This document shows, piece by piece, positions 23,145-34,679 of a DNA stretch of 64,000 nt. The position numbers and the translations under genes are program-made. The notes beneath the pieces were generated by a model, which was given only the letters and a program-made list of their open reading frames with translations, had not been told where the DNA came from and made no database searches. The stretch comes from Takakia lepidozioides. Taxonomy: Eukaryota; Plantae; Bryophyta. The stretch lies in assembly GCA_030704615.1 (NCBI GenBank), contig CM060733.1, positions 59,458,001 through 59,522,000 on the forward strand, given 5' to 3'. How positions within the stretch are numbered: position 1 is the first letter of the stretch; every line of letters starts with the position of its first letter.

Positions 23145-24400
23145 CTAATAACTTACAGTTGTCATGAAGGCACCCCACTGTCTATATCTGAAGTGCCAGA
23201 ACCCCAACCAGTCTTCCAGTTCTTTGATTCCATCCAGACTGGCTGCCTCAGATGAGTACCACCATGCTCGAATAGTCTGGAACATAGAGTTGGCTTCCTG
23301 TTCGGAGGTGGCTTCTTTATACATACGGCATAGTCTCATATGCTCCTCCCGCAACTCCAGTTTTATGGAACTCTTTGTGTGGCGTTGTAGGGACTGGCTC
23401 CAATGAAAGAGGCAAGTGCGTTCCCGGCCTTCCATTGGTACTTTGGGGTCGCCTGAACCAAAAACTGTACGGACAGCATTCCAATTCGCTTGAGCGCTGT
23501 CAGCCATGAACCCAGTGAAGTTTGGATCTGGGACACCATGAGTTGTCACGACGTTAACAAGGGACTTCCACATAAGAATTTGTGACTCTGTGTCCTCTGA
23601 CTGCATGTCACAAACAACAACAGTCATCACTCTCTGGTATGCACGATTGTATACATGACAGGCCATGGTCGTCCATTCCTTCATACGTTTCACGTGATCA
23701 AACATAACCCAGGATTTCTGAAGATCACCACCAGGCTGCATTCTTTGCACCAGACTAACTCCCGATCCCTCACCAACTGTGGACATCTTGAATAAGTACA
23801 CTTTCCTGGCACCTTGCCCCGGGAAAACACTGTCCTGAATGAAGTCATATCGGCTTATACGCTTTAACTCCAGGATGTTATCCATAAAGCATGTGTTGGG
23901 AGCACCCCCCCTTAGGACGTTGATTTGATTTCGCACATTCGGAGAACTCAATGTTGAGAAATGGTCCAGAACATCGTCAAGGGAGTCAGTGTCAAATTTA
24001 GTGGTGGACTCCGGCGATTCCCCAAACAAATACTTTTGTAGGAATCCTTTGTTTGCTGCCAGAGCAATGGCTGATGGCGATGCACCAGGAGCACTATGAA
24101 TTTTGTGTTGAAGCAGTGAACGGACTGTATCAATTGTCTCTCTGCACTGTCCTCAGGACACCGGATGTTATCAACAAATGAGGTTGTCTCTTCTCTTTTG
24201 ATGGGCAGAGTTTTGGGCACCTGAGCCACCGACGCTACTGTTCCGGGCGTGACTATGGAACCTCCCGACAGACGTCTTTGATCCCCATGAATGCGATACT
24301 TTGCTGGTGGAACTCTCCACTCTCACCGACTGCCAGACAAATGTGGTTTCTGAACGCATGTGCCCTCGACCTTACCCACTTTGTCATACACCTCTCTCAC
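23145..24400 (-). mobile_element. Mutator-like (MULE) DDE transposase fragment
   Basis: ORF 23145..24029: VMFDHVKR, ACHVY, FTGFMADSAQANWNAVRTVF, CLFHWSQSL. The upstream frame continues as SAIALAANKGFLQKYLF. Truncated at the ~24415 junction. Confidence 0.82.
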
Positions 24401-24417
24401 TACATGTACAGTCCCTG

Positions 24418-26945
24418 CCCCTCGACAGAGCCACACCCCACAAAAGGCCCTGCCGTACAGAACTTACAGAAGAGACTGTCGAGGGTGTGGTCGGAATTTT
24501 CTGGATTTAATGAATCCAACACCCTCTTAGTGGATGATTCACCACACAAGGGGAAGGGGAACTCCCCTTTGAACATGGTCCATCCATTGTCGTTTGATGT
24601 CACTGGCAATGTCAGTGAGGTGCCTGATTCAGACTACATTTTAGAAACAGTCTGGCCCTACTGCCAAGATTTGTTTTGCTCCAAGGATGTGCGTGTCTTC
24701 ACAGGCACGCGGAAGCTGACCCCGACTGGCAGCTTGAATGCGGGAGATGATGGGGTCGTTGGGGGAAGTGCTTCTGTGCCCATGCAGGTGAAAGTAACCT
24801 TACTGTTTGCAACATGACATCGAAGCCAAATGAGATGTTTGTTTTGTTCCCCCTGGATGCCCTCTCACGCATGGATGGCACTATATGTTTTGCAGGGACC
24901 ACAATGAGTGGTTTTGTGTTGAATGTGAAGAAGGTGGGTCATGCGCCAAGGACCATAGTGCTACGGCGCCAGCATTCTGGATCTGCCCCCCGACATGAGG
25001 AGGCAGCGCCCAAGGTATGGTTTGTTCCCAGCCCCTCTCCGCAAACTTGCTTGGCTGGTTTCCTTTATGGATACACTTCCTGAAGCGTTGCATTGTGTGT
25101 TCATTGCAGGTGAGCAAGATGAGTGGGCTGTCCCTGACACCATCATCGCAGCAGGACGTGGTTTCCCCAGGCATGCATTCATGGCTCCTTGCTTTTGCCT
25201 GGTTTCTAGTAGGGTTATTTTTGCCAGGAAGTTGTAGTGTGCCCCTAAGCAGGGTGTTTGTTAGCTTGCTCCGTGGAGGTGTGTTTATACCATTGCAGCA
25301 ACCAGAGTTCATGTTATTCTTATCCGTCTGAGTAAACCTCTTTTCGCTGCTGCAGTTGAAGACACGTGGGCAGCTTTCCTCGGTTGCCACCCTCAGCGAC
25401 GAGCCTCGCTTCAAGGTACGTTGGTACACCCCAAATTTGCTGCTGATTCAGTATCGTGGCAACCACGATCGTTTCCATGGCCAGCTGCGCTTGACTTTCA
25501 CCCTGTCATTGCTATGTTTGATGCTGAGTGGTAGTTGATGTTGGTGTCTGTAGATATCAGATCCTGTGTTTCTCCTGAACCCCAATGACAAGCGGTCAAA
25601 GACAGCCGCCGCAAAGGCGGAAGTGGTGGGAATAGCAGGGGTTGACAAGTTCCACTGCAAGGACATTCGTTCCGGGTGGTACAAGGTGAAAGTCCACGAG
25701 ATCATGCTTCCAAGTGTTACGTTGCCTTGCCCAAATCTGGACGATGCCCCCCCCCCCCCAGACCACACTAGCGCACGTGAAAGACAAGGTGACTCTGTGG
25801 CCAAAGAAGAGTATGAGGAAAGGTGAAAGTGTCAAGTGAGATTTCATGTTTGTAGTCCTTGTTGGGTGTGTAATGATACTCATAGAAGTGTGTATGATAC
25901 TCATGTTACCAGTTTTGAACATTTGGGCCATGACAGTTTATGTAATGTCCGGCAACCATGTATGTTGGCATTTTGTCTTGCTCATACGCATGTATGTCGT
26001 GACGGTCTCTTATCTGAATGCGATATCACATTTTCCTGACTTGTCGTCGTGTCCGTCCACCTTCTATGTGTATATGTGATGGTCTTTGGTCTCTCGGGAC
26101 TACGTCTATTTGGTTCATTAGCATGATGTTGTGCATGCATCGTGGTCTGTGTTCTGAGTTTCGCCCAGTATCATTGCTTCTCAATTCCCCCTACATATGG
26201 GTGAACCACTAAAACCACTAGAATGCATCAGAATCATACTTTCAGCTTAGAATGCAGGTCATTTGGACAACTCACACAAACCACTACAAGTGCTTGTTTG
26301 CAGTGCTTTCCTAGTGTAGTGCAACCAACTAGCACAGTGGCAGCGGAGTTGGCCAAAACAGTCCCGAGAGGGCACAACCACTCTGCATCTTTCCACTAGT
26401 AGTCGTACCCCTCACTACCATTGCATTGGGACGACGCCACGCGTCGACCCACACACTCTCTACATGATCCCCGTGGATTTGTCTGCCGGCAGTTGTGCAG
26501 TCGACTTCGCTAGTCGCTGTTGCCACCTGACATGTAGCACTCCAAGTTATGTGGCCGACTACGACGTAGCGTCCTGGGCCCGTGGCCACGCGGCAACATT
26601 GCCGCTTGTTGCGGCGCTGCCACATCGGCGTCCACGTCCGCGTCCATGTGCCACCGCGCCCCGGTGAGTCAGTCCACTCATCCGGAGGGAGAAGTCAAAG
26701 TCAGACCAAAAGGTCAGACACACGGGCGGCCGACCTGGTTACGCCACGTGGTTCTTCAGCATTAATCGCTGAGCAGTTGTTCGCGCGTCTGCGTCTTTTA
26801 CCACTCTAATCATTGGATGTCCAACCCAACTACCACCTCTGTTGTAACTAGTCATTTGTAACTTCCAGTCGATCCCATTTTTTTGACTTTTACGACTCAA
26901 AACGAGTCGTTACCCTAGTGGTAAATGACATGAATGCTTCTAGTG
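24418..26945 (+). mobile_element. Inverted second copy of the TnpA-side CACTA end: 3' part of the NIF/Tnp1 gene, subterminal region and terminus (TAGTG)
   Basis: Reverse-complement homolog of ~7298-9837 (roughly 90% by eye), with frameshifts. Confidence 0.9.
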
Positions 26946-27084
26946 CTAGTTATTTCCTAGCTAGTTTTACACTAGCTACCTTAAACTAAATAGTTTCATA
27001 CTAACTAGTAAATTAACTAGTGAACTAGTTAATTTAACTAACATCAATATCCACTTGACAGCTGTTGTGCGCATACATATCGTT

Positions 27085-27795
27085 ACAGTTGTTATGTGAT
27101 ATGCAATGTAGTGCTTTGTCCATATGCTCATGGCATTTTGTACTGACAGTGTGTGGGTGGGCAAATACAGAAGAGACGCAAAGCGCGGAGCCCGTCACTG
27201 TCCGAGCTCGGGGCGGAGCAAAAGAACGCTTCGACTGGCACCCCATCAGAGTCTGTTTTGAGCCAGGTATGTTTTGAAGTCCGGTTTCCATTCATGAATC
27301 TGTTGTTGTACTAAGATTTGGTGGGTATGTGGGTCCCCCACGCATGGTACACGAGGGGTGTTATACCAAACCCAGCCATCTCCGAATGCCTGAAATCCCG
27401 CGCATTCGGCCTCTTCTTTTGGTTTTTAACAGTATGGGTGGGTGTTTGTATATATGCGCAGGGAGCGGGGAACTCAATGGCAGCCCACATCGGGGCCCTG
27501 GAGAGGCTTTGCGGCTCATTCTGCGGATCGGGTGAGGGGTATGGAAGCACAGCTGAAGAAGATAGTGGAACTCATGATGGGGAAAAAAAAGGGTGTGACA
27601 GGTGGCAGTATGGAAGACCCCCCTGCTGCGAACATTGTACCTGACAAGGAGGAAGTAATTGTAGTGGGTAGGGATGTGACCGAGGTCTAGCCTGTTGTTG
27701 ATGATATTCACAGTGGGGGCCAGGGTCCACTCATTGAAGAGGGAGAGGTCCAGCAAGCTGGTGGGGATGACATGGACGATGGGGGGGTCATTGCT
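27085..27795 (+). mobile_element. Displaced fragment of the second TnpA-like gene copy (intron plus linker exon)
   Basis: Reverse-complement homolog of ~10279-10980 (MEAQLKKIVELMM..EEVIVVGRDVTEV). Confidence 0.88.
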
Positions 27796-28284
27796 GGGGG
27801 ATGCTATTGTGTGAGATCCCGCGAGCAGAAAATTGCATGAGCAGAAATCTGCTCACGCTTGAGGACCTACCTACCTATAACCGCGGACGTCCAGTCGACT
27901 TAGAAGACTTATTACTACGCAGAGTGGCCAGTATCAGAAGGTCGGATATGGATGCTGCTTGGATGAATGAGGGATGAATGTCGGATGAATGTTTGTGTAA
28001 CGAATGAGAGGTGGATGAATGACATAAATGAAAGATTAGATAATTGTTTGTAGTGGTAGCTCCCAAAAGCTCGGAGATGCATGAAACCATACTTGACTTG
28101 CTTGAAAATCAATTATGCTGGGTGCAGTGTATATTGCAAACTTTGAGTCCAACTTTGTTGATTGAGAAGGACCACATGTCATTTTCCCAGTTATACAACG
28201 TTGATAGAGAGGATCACATCCAATCATGAAGAAGGCAAACATGTGAACTCTTGGTTTTTAAACAAACCCTTCAAAAGAATCGAT

Positions 28285-29215
28285 TCATTCGGACAAAGAA
28301 GATCCACTGCTACAGGACGCACTGTTTAGGACGAAGGCAGAACTGTCCACAAAGACGCTAGCCCTGCTCTGCTGAAAACCATGTCTTTCGTGTAGTAGAG
28401 AAGGTGGAGATGCCAGCAGACTATACTCCTTAGCCGCAGCCTCTGCATAAGCTGGCAAATGAAATTGTGCTTGAGGACTTGGAAAAAAATCCGGGTTGGC
28501 AAAGAAGGGCAGAAACCGTGGTGTCATATGACTCCTGCAACCACACAGTAATGAGTAAAATTGGTAAATACTCTGGAAGCCAAACTGCAGCCAAACAAAG
28601 GAGCACCAAAAGGATCCGTCATGGGGTCTATGAGTTGCCACAAAAGAACATGCACTTACTTACATGAAAAATCCGAATCCACATCCAGAGCATCCGGCTC
28701 TTGCACATCCTCCTCCTCAACAATCTTCTCAGTCTGGGTTGAATGCGAGGATCCCTCAGAGAGTGGAGCGATGACTCGAGAGTAAAGCTCCTCGTCCCCT
28801 GAAACCCAAAAAGATGTCTTCATGCACACTTGCAGGCATGGAACGAAGCCCCTGTAAGATAGCGAATGAATGCACGAAACCATGTCAGAAGCCAAAACAT
28901 GAGAGAAACATGTGCAACGAAGAATGAAGAAGAGTTTTGGCATGCACCTGAGCCCATGGAGAGGTCAACCACTTTGTCACCATGCCGGCTGTATGTCTCA
29001 ATGAAGGTCTGCATGAACGCGGGCAACTTCTCCCGGGCACCTCTCCCTGGAATTCCTCCAGTCTTTTTCAGAGTCTGGGACGCATCCACATAGTTGTGAA
29101 CAACATCAGATTTGACTGGGTCGCAATCTGGGTCTATGTGCAGACCTCCTCCCCAAATGTCGAAATGCCCAACATAAGCAAGAGTGTTGGCAGGCCGAAT
29201 TCGTGACAGGCAAAT
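28285..29215 (-). pseudogene. C-terminal half of the amino-DNA-methyltransferase-like gene (motif X, motif I SAM-binding, motif II)
   Basis: Exon 29215-28948 spliced to 28851-28664 gives REKLPAFMQTFIETYSRHGDKVVDLSMGSG-ASFHACKCA*RHLFGF(Q)GDEELY. This matches the beta-class pattern KP..L...I..YS..GD.VLDPF.GSG.T..A....R...G.E.D..Y. One stop (28820) and one frameshift (~28797). The 3' end is uncertain. Confidence 0.8.
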
Positions 29216-31398
29216 CAGTTGTTGAAAGCATAACGTAGTAACATGGACAACTTCTGCCACATATTCTACCATTTTTGCCCATAGAACTTGGTCTCATGGG
29301 AGGACATCTGGCATTTCAGGACCTCTTGTGGCGGTACCTCCTGGACCCCATGCATTGTGAGAAGAACTTCTGCGAGAACATTCTGAAGACGATCTTTGGG
29401 AGAAGGATACGATAAACGTACGAAAGGACATGGAGATTGAAGGGATACGGTCACATCTGTGGCTAAGGCCTGATCCAAATAGACCTCGCAAAGTGCTCAT
29501 GCCAGCAGCATCATACGTCCTGACCAAACCAGAGCAAGAGCACTTTTTGAAGACATTGGGAGCCATCAAAGTGCCAACCGGATTCTCGGGTGCTTTCCAA
29601 AAGCATGCCATGAACAAGAAATGGTCGGGGATGAAGTCACATGATCTACGCGTGATGATGCAGCAGATTTTGCCAGTGTGCATTCGGGGTACGATGGCGC
29701 CGGGCCCTCGAACGGCCATAATGCGTGTAAGTCGAGTGTTTAGGAAGATTTGTGCGAAGGTGTGGGATCCGAGGGACATTACATCGTTGCGTGAGGATGT
29801 GACTATGACCCTTTGTTTGCTGGAGAAAGAATTCCCTCCATCATTCTTTGACGTCATGACGCACTTGCTAGTGCATCTTGTAGAGGAGTTGCATGTGTGT
29901 GGGCCCGTAGCCAGCCGTTGGATGTACCCCATGGAGAGGTACATGAAGGATCTGAAAGGGGTATGTACGCAACATGGCACGGCCAGAGGGGAGTATGGCA
30001 GAGGGCTACATCCGGGACGAAGCCCTAGGCTTCATGACAGAGTATATGTCTTCATTTGATGCAACACAACGGCGGGTGTGGGACGAGAACGAGGAACAAG
30101 GAGTTGTAGGCGAGGTCCTAGAAGGTGGTGGAACAAAGCGTGCCATGAGCCCGCGCCTTCGGGATGTGGCACATGATTATGTGGTGAACAACACAACAAC
30201 CATGACACCATGGAGACAGTGGGTGTAAACTTACATCCCTCATGTGCTTTTCTTAATGGTCTTTGTATGCTGGAATTACCTATACTGTCACAAGTCATTC
30301 CGGCCACTATGGGAGTGGGATCGTGTACAAACAGGGTGCTTCAGACGACAACAGAGGGTGTTTTGTAGTTGGTGTTGTTGCTTGCAAGTGATTATGAAGT
30401 AGGCTGCATCACTACAATGTGCTTGAAAGGGCACAATCTGCATGTGGCATGCATGTACAGTACGGTGTTGGTCAGGGGGACTGAGTTGCAGCTTCTATTT
30501 GGTTTCTGCCATAAAGTACGCAGCGGAGAAGGTATGCCTGAAAACGGAACGGAGTGCATTTGCAAAAGCATGGCGGAGGGGCGGTCGTAGGCGCAAATCC
30601 CCGGTGGAGTACCCCACAACAATGGAGGAGCTGCAGCCCTTTGCAGTGTGGGTCAGATTTGCAGTTGCAATGTACGCATCAGAGAACGAGGACCCAGATC
30701 AGGGCATGGTGAGTCTGTCATTCCCCCCGGGGCTGATTGCCACTTCGTACCGCTCAATGAAAGCATATGGCAATCATTATAGAGTGGACGATGCCAACAC
30801 CAGACTCCTGGTAACTTATGACAGCGGAGTGGCATCATTTTTTGAACAAGAGAGTAGGAGCTGTGCACGAGATCGGAATCCAATTTCATGCCCTATGCAA
30901 TATGTAGGAGTCATCAAAGAGATCCTTAAACTAGACTATGGTCTTGTGAAGCCAATTCTATTCCGTTGTTCTTGGGTAAAAGCCAATATGGTGGGAAAGA
31001 ATGCCACCATGAAACGGGATGAGTACGGGTTCCTCCTTGCTGATTTCAGAAAAATGCTACCACCAGATGAAGAGCCATTCATCTTCCCATCGCAAGTTGA
31101 GCAAGTTTTCTTTTCAGATGACACCCATGCGCCGGGATGGAAGGTGGTTCTTTACAAGGACCCCCGGGCCAAACGAGTCATGGCCGACGTCCATGATCTA
31201 GACCTAGGGGAGAATGCCGACCACGAGGGTCTAAGGGAACCACGAAATCTACCAGATACGGCCGAACCAGTCTCTTTGGAAGGAGCAGTTACCTTTAATG
31301 AGGAAGATATTCCAGGGTTGGTAATTACTGCAAGGCAAATTGCAAATGTGGGCAGTGAAGGGGAAGATTCTTTGGATACGGACAGTGAACCCAGCTGA
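29216..31398 (+). pseudogene. CACTA transposase copy 3: end of intron 1 plus exons 2-3 (DUF4218/DUF4216), frameshifted
   Basis: Homolog of 18981-21166. Frameshifts near 29397 and 29957. The exon-3 acceptor is mutated (CCAG to CCAT, ~30512). Confidence 0.92.
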
Positions 31399-33050
31399 AT
31401 CTCAGTGTCCATTAAGCTGGCAGCTCATAGGCGAGAGCTGTGCTAAGGGCTCTTATTGTCCTTAGAACCCATTTTGTAAGTCCTGCAAGTGCGCAAGGGC
31501 GAAACAGTTAATCGTATCGATAATGTCCCGGAATGTGGTCCGTACTGTCTTGTGAACAAACCTTTATTTACTTGCCAATATTGTTTCTGACATGTGAGGA
31601 GAGGATCGTTTTCATGTACGAGAAGTAGACGTGAATGTGTGAATGCCTTTTCTGGCACATCTGCATGCTTTCCAGGAACAAAGACCAATGGAATGGGGGG
31701 TGTCTCCAAAGGAGCAGGACCGGACGACACCTTTTCGTGCTTCCTTTGCTTTCCTTCTCACCATTGCTGCATTCTCCCACCTGCCCAGCAGCAGCACTCT
31801 CGAAGCAATAACATGACATATGTTGCAGCATGGTCTTCTTCACCAGTGAAGGAGCTTTTTTGCTACATGTACTGCCACGTCCACATTAACGTTGATCCCT
31901 GCAAGCACTTGGCAAGACCCCCCAGAGCCGCAAATCCAGCAACCACCACAAACACATCTAACTGATTGTAGAGATACAGGAATAGCTCACTTGCAGAGGA
32001 ATTGAACCTCCAGCCAAATGAATGGCTCTGCCCCTTGCAGCAAAAGTGCGATGCAAAAACAAGGTGAGTACCAAATGAAGAAACACTTACGAGGTCCCCA
32101 TCCCTCGGATGGCCTCCCACTTCTGCGGAGGAACTGTGCAGGCTTGACCAGCACCATTTTGCATGAATCCTAAGCCTGAATGTCAAATGCAGGTTTATGT
32201 CCTCCTTAAGCATGCCATCATATTCAAATCTGCATTCCCATTACATTCTTGGATGAATTTGGATCCAAACTCTATCTCTGCACCTTCAGCTATCCATGCT
32301 CTACAGAAATCATGCATACATGCTTGCCTTGGTGCTAGCAGCTGACAATGACTGCCTTCATTTGTTCTAGGAAAAACCCAATTCAGACTCATCACACTAG
32401 TTCCTATGCTCAATGGATATGTGCTACTCTCTGTATTTCAACGTGCATTTACCCTTTTGCCTTGGTTGACCCACCGTTGCCTGCTAGGGTCAGAAAAGAA
32501 GTCATTCCACAGCTTCGATGACGTCTGTGTTACCTGTTTCCCCTCACTTTCCTGTTGTCACATTGGCATCATCACTTCAAAGTCAGTCCAAACTATCAAA
32601 GATTAACTGAAGTAGCAAACTTGCAGAATTGAACATGAAATTTTAGGGCCAATTTTGATAAGAGGGGAAAAGCGCCTGAAATGTGTTGAACGCGGTGCCT
32701 TCATTAGCAGTGCCTGATTTCCAGATAGGAGCCGGCTGCTGTTGCGCTTCCACTTGACCATGTACCCATGCAGGTTTGTTGCCGCTATTGATCCACAGGG
32801 AATCATAGGTAATCTTGTGCTTGAAATCTGGCCCTCTTGGATGAATGTGGAGTCCTCGACAACCAGATTCAAGCACATGAGTACCATTGTGGGGACATGG
32901 ATTGAGAGGTACAAGGAACCCTTACAGGTAACTGGCCAATCAAAAAGTTGTGGCTGCACACTCATGTAATCCAATCTTAAAGCACCCAGTGGGCAAGTTT
33001 GACTGTTTCCCAAAAACTGACCCATGCGCAGAAAAAAGCTCAGGAAATCG
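31399..33050. mobile_element. CACTA internal sequence continuing after transposase copy 3; possible degenerate minus-strand gene
   Basis: 31399-32222 is homologous to 21167-21995. Beyond that are only short minus-strand ORFs with splice-like borders; the right boundary is uncertain. Confidence 0.5.
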
Positions 33051-34320
33051 TGAAACTAAAAATTAAAATTTTTTGACCGCACATTAGGTGCGTACCTACC
33101 TCATCCAGGGACACACAAATTTTGAGGCCAATCAGAGGCAGATCCACAAAACGCCACCGTTGAATGTGCGGCCCATTTTTAGACCCCACTCAACAAAATT
33201 ACATTTACTCTTCACACCTGTCCTAAATTGAATGACGGGATGAAAGCCAAATGGGCTCAAACTGCTCCCTATTCATGTTAATTAATTACATTGGCTTTGA
33301 CTGAAGTCTTCTCTTCTCTTCATACATTCTCTTCACATTCCAATTTACGCAAGACATATATATATCTTCACATTCCATACGGAAGGCAACTATAAAAAGA
33401 AAAAAACGAGTATGATGCCGCTCAAATGAAGCATAGATAATGGTGTCTCTTGACCCTGAAGAGCTATTGCCTTCCGGGTGGAAACCTTTGTGAGACCAAT
33501 CGGTGGGATTGAACCGGCTTGAAGCGATATTGTAAGTTATCTTAGCTTTGAATGAGTTAATATTCTTCCTCTTCATCTTTATTAATTGTGCAAACAAATA
33601 AAATGAACCAAAAATCAACATTTCATATGACAGTATGAACTCGAACAAGTCATCTATTTCGGGTAAAGTTGATGCAATTTTTCTCTTCGAAAAAGTAGAC
33701 TCAAATTTTTTGGTGAGTATTTTGATAGGGCTTTTAGTTCTCACCCTTCACCATGCGAGCCTGCGCCGCTAGTCACAGAGTGGAATGCTGCTGCCTCAAG
33801 CAAGAAGAAAAGTTTATATGGCAACAACTTTCCCAACGATTTTTCCGTTCCTTAAGAACCGTGCAGGTTTGCCCTTTTAGGAGGTTCTTAGACGGCATAA
33901 AATCTTCAGGTAAGGACTTTTTGCGATGCGAGATTGTCTCAGGTCCCAAGCGTCCGACTCCTTTCAACCTTTTAAATAGATTGTGTTCATTGTTTTAAAC
34001 AAAAATTCATTTAACTCTTATGCTGATTTTGGTAAATCCAGGTAAAGACAAAAGAAGTAAGGCTGGCCAATGTTTTTATTTCCGACGAATTTTCACAATA
34101 TTTCGACCTCAAAAAATAAGATGGAATATTCTGTCATAAATTGCCTATTTTCTCATGGATGAATCGCCAAACTTCTCCAAATAAAATATAAATCATGGAT
34201 GAAGTTGCCAATTCTGGATGATATACATGGATGAAACTACAAATGAGGATGATTTATCCAAATTTCAGTGGATGAACAGAAAATATGGCTATTTCTTGCA
34301 AAACTCAGTAGCCACTCCTG

Positions 34321-34381
34321 ATATATATATATATATATATATGGAGCGAGACGTTTTGTTTTGTTTTGTTTGTTTTGTTTG
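34321..34381. repeat. (AT)n and (TTTTG)n microsatellites
   Basis: Read directly. Confidence 0.9.
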
Positions 34382-34679
34382 TAGCGTGGTTGAGATCTCC
34401 CAAACCGCGGGGCTCCAGCCCCGGTGCTTGGTGCCCTTGGAAAGCCCTCGATGAGGAGGGGTGCACCGGCTTGGTCTCATGATTTTTGGACCCGTGGTGT
34501 GGGAGATGTGGAATTCTGAGTACTTTTGGTCGCTGAAAATTCGAGAAAATAGCAAAGTGGGCTTTCTTGGAGCAGTGATTGGCCCTTCACGTGCAAGATT
34601 TGGAATTTCAAATACTTTTGGTCGTTGGAAATTCGCAAAAAATAGCAAAGTGGATATATCAAGATGGGATATATCAAGA

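Noticed and set aside
7298-26945. One complete 19.6-kb CACTA element bounded by these two termini
   Set aside because: Flanks TCT and CTA are not a 3-bp TSD. The homology runs ~2.5 kb into the same TnpA-side gene, so these are the same end of two inverted copies.
33286-33744. 152-aa AT-rich minus-strand ORF
   Set aside because: No recognisable motif and no supporting gene structure.
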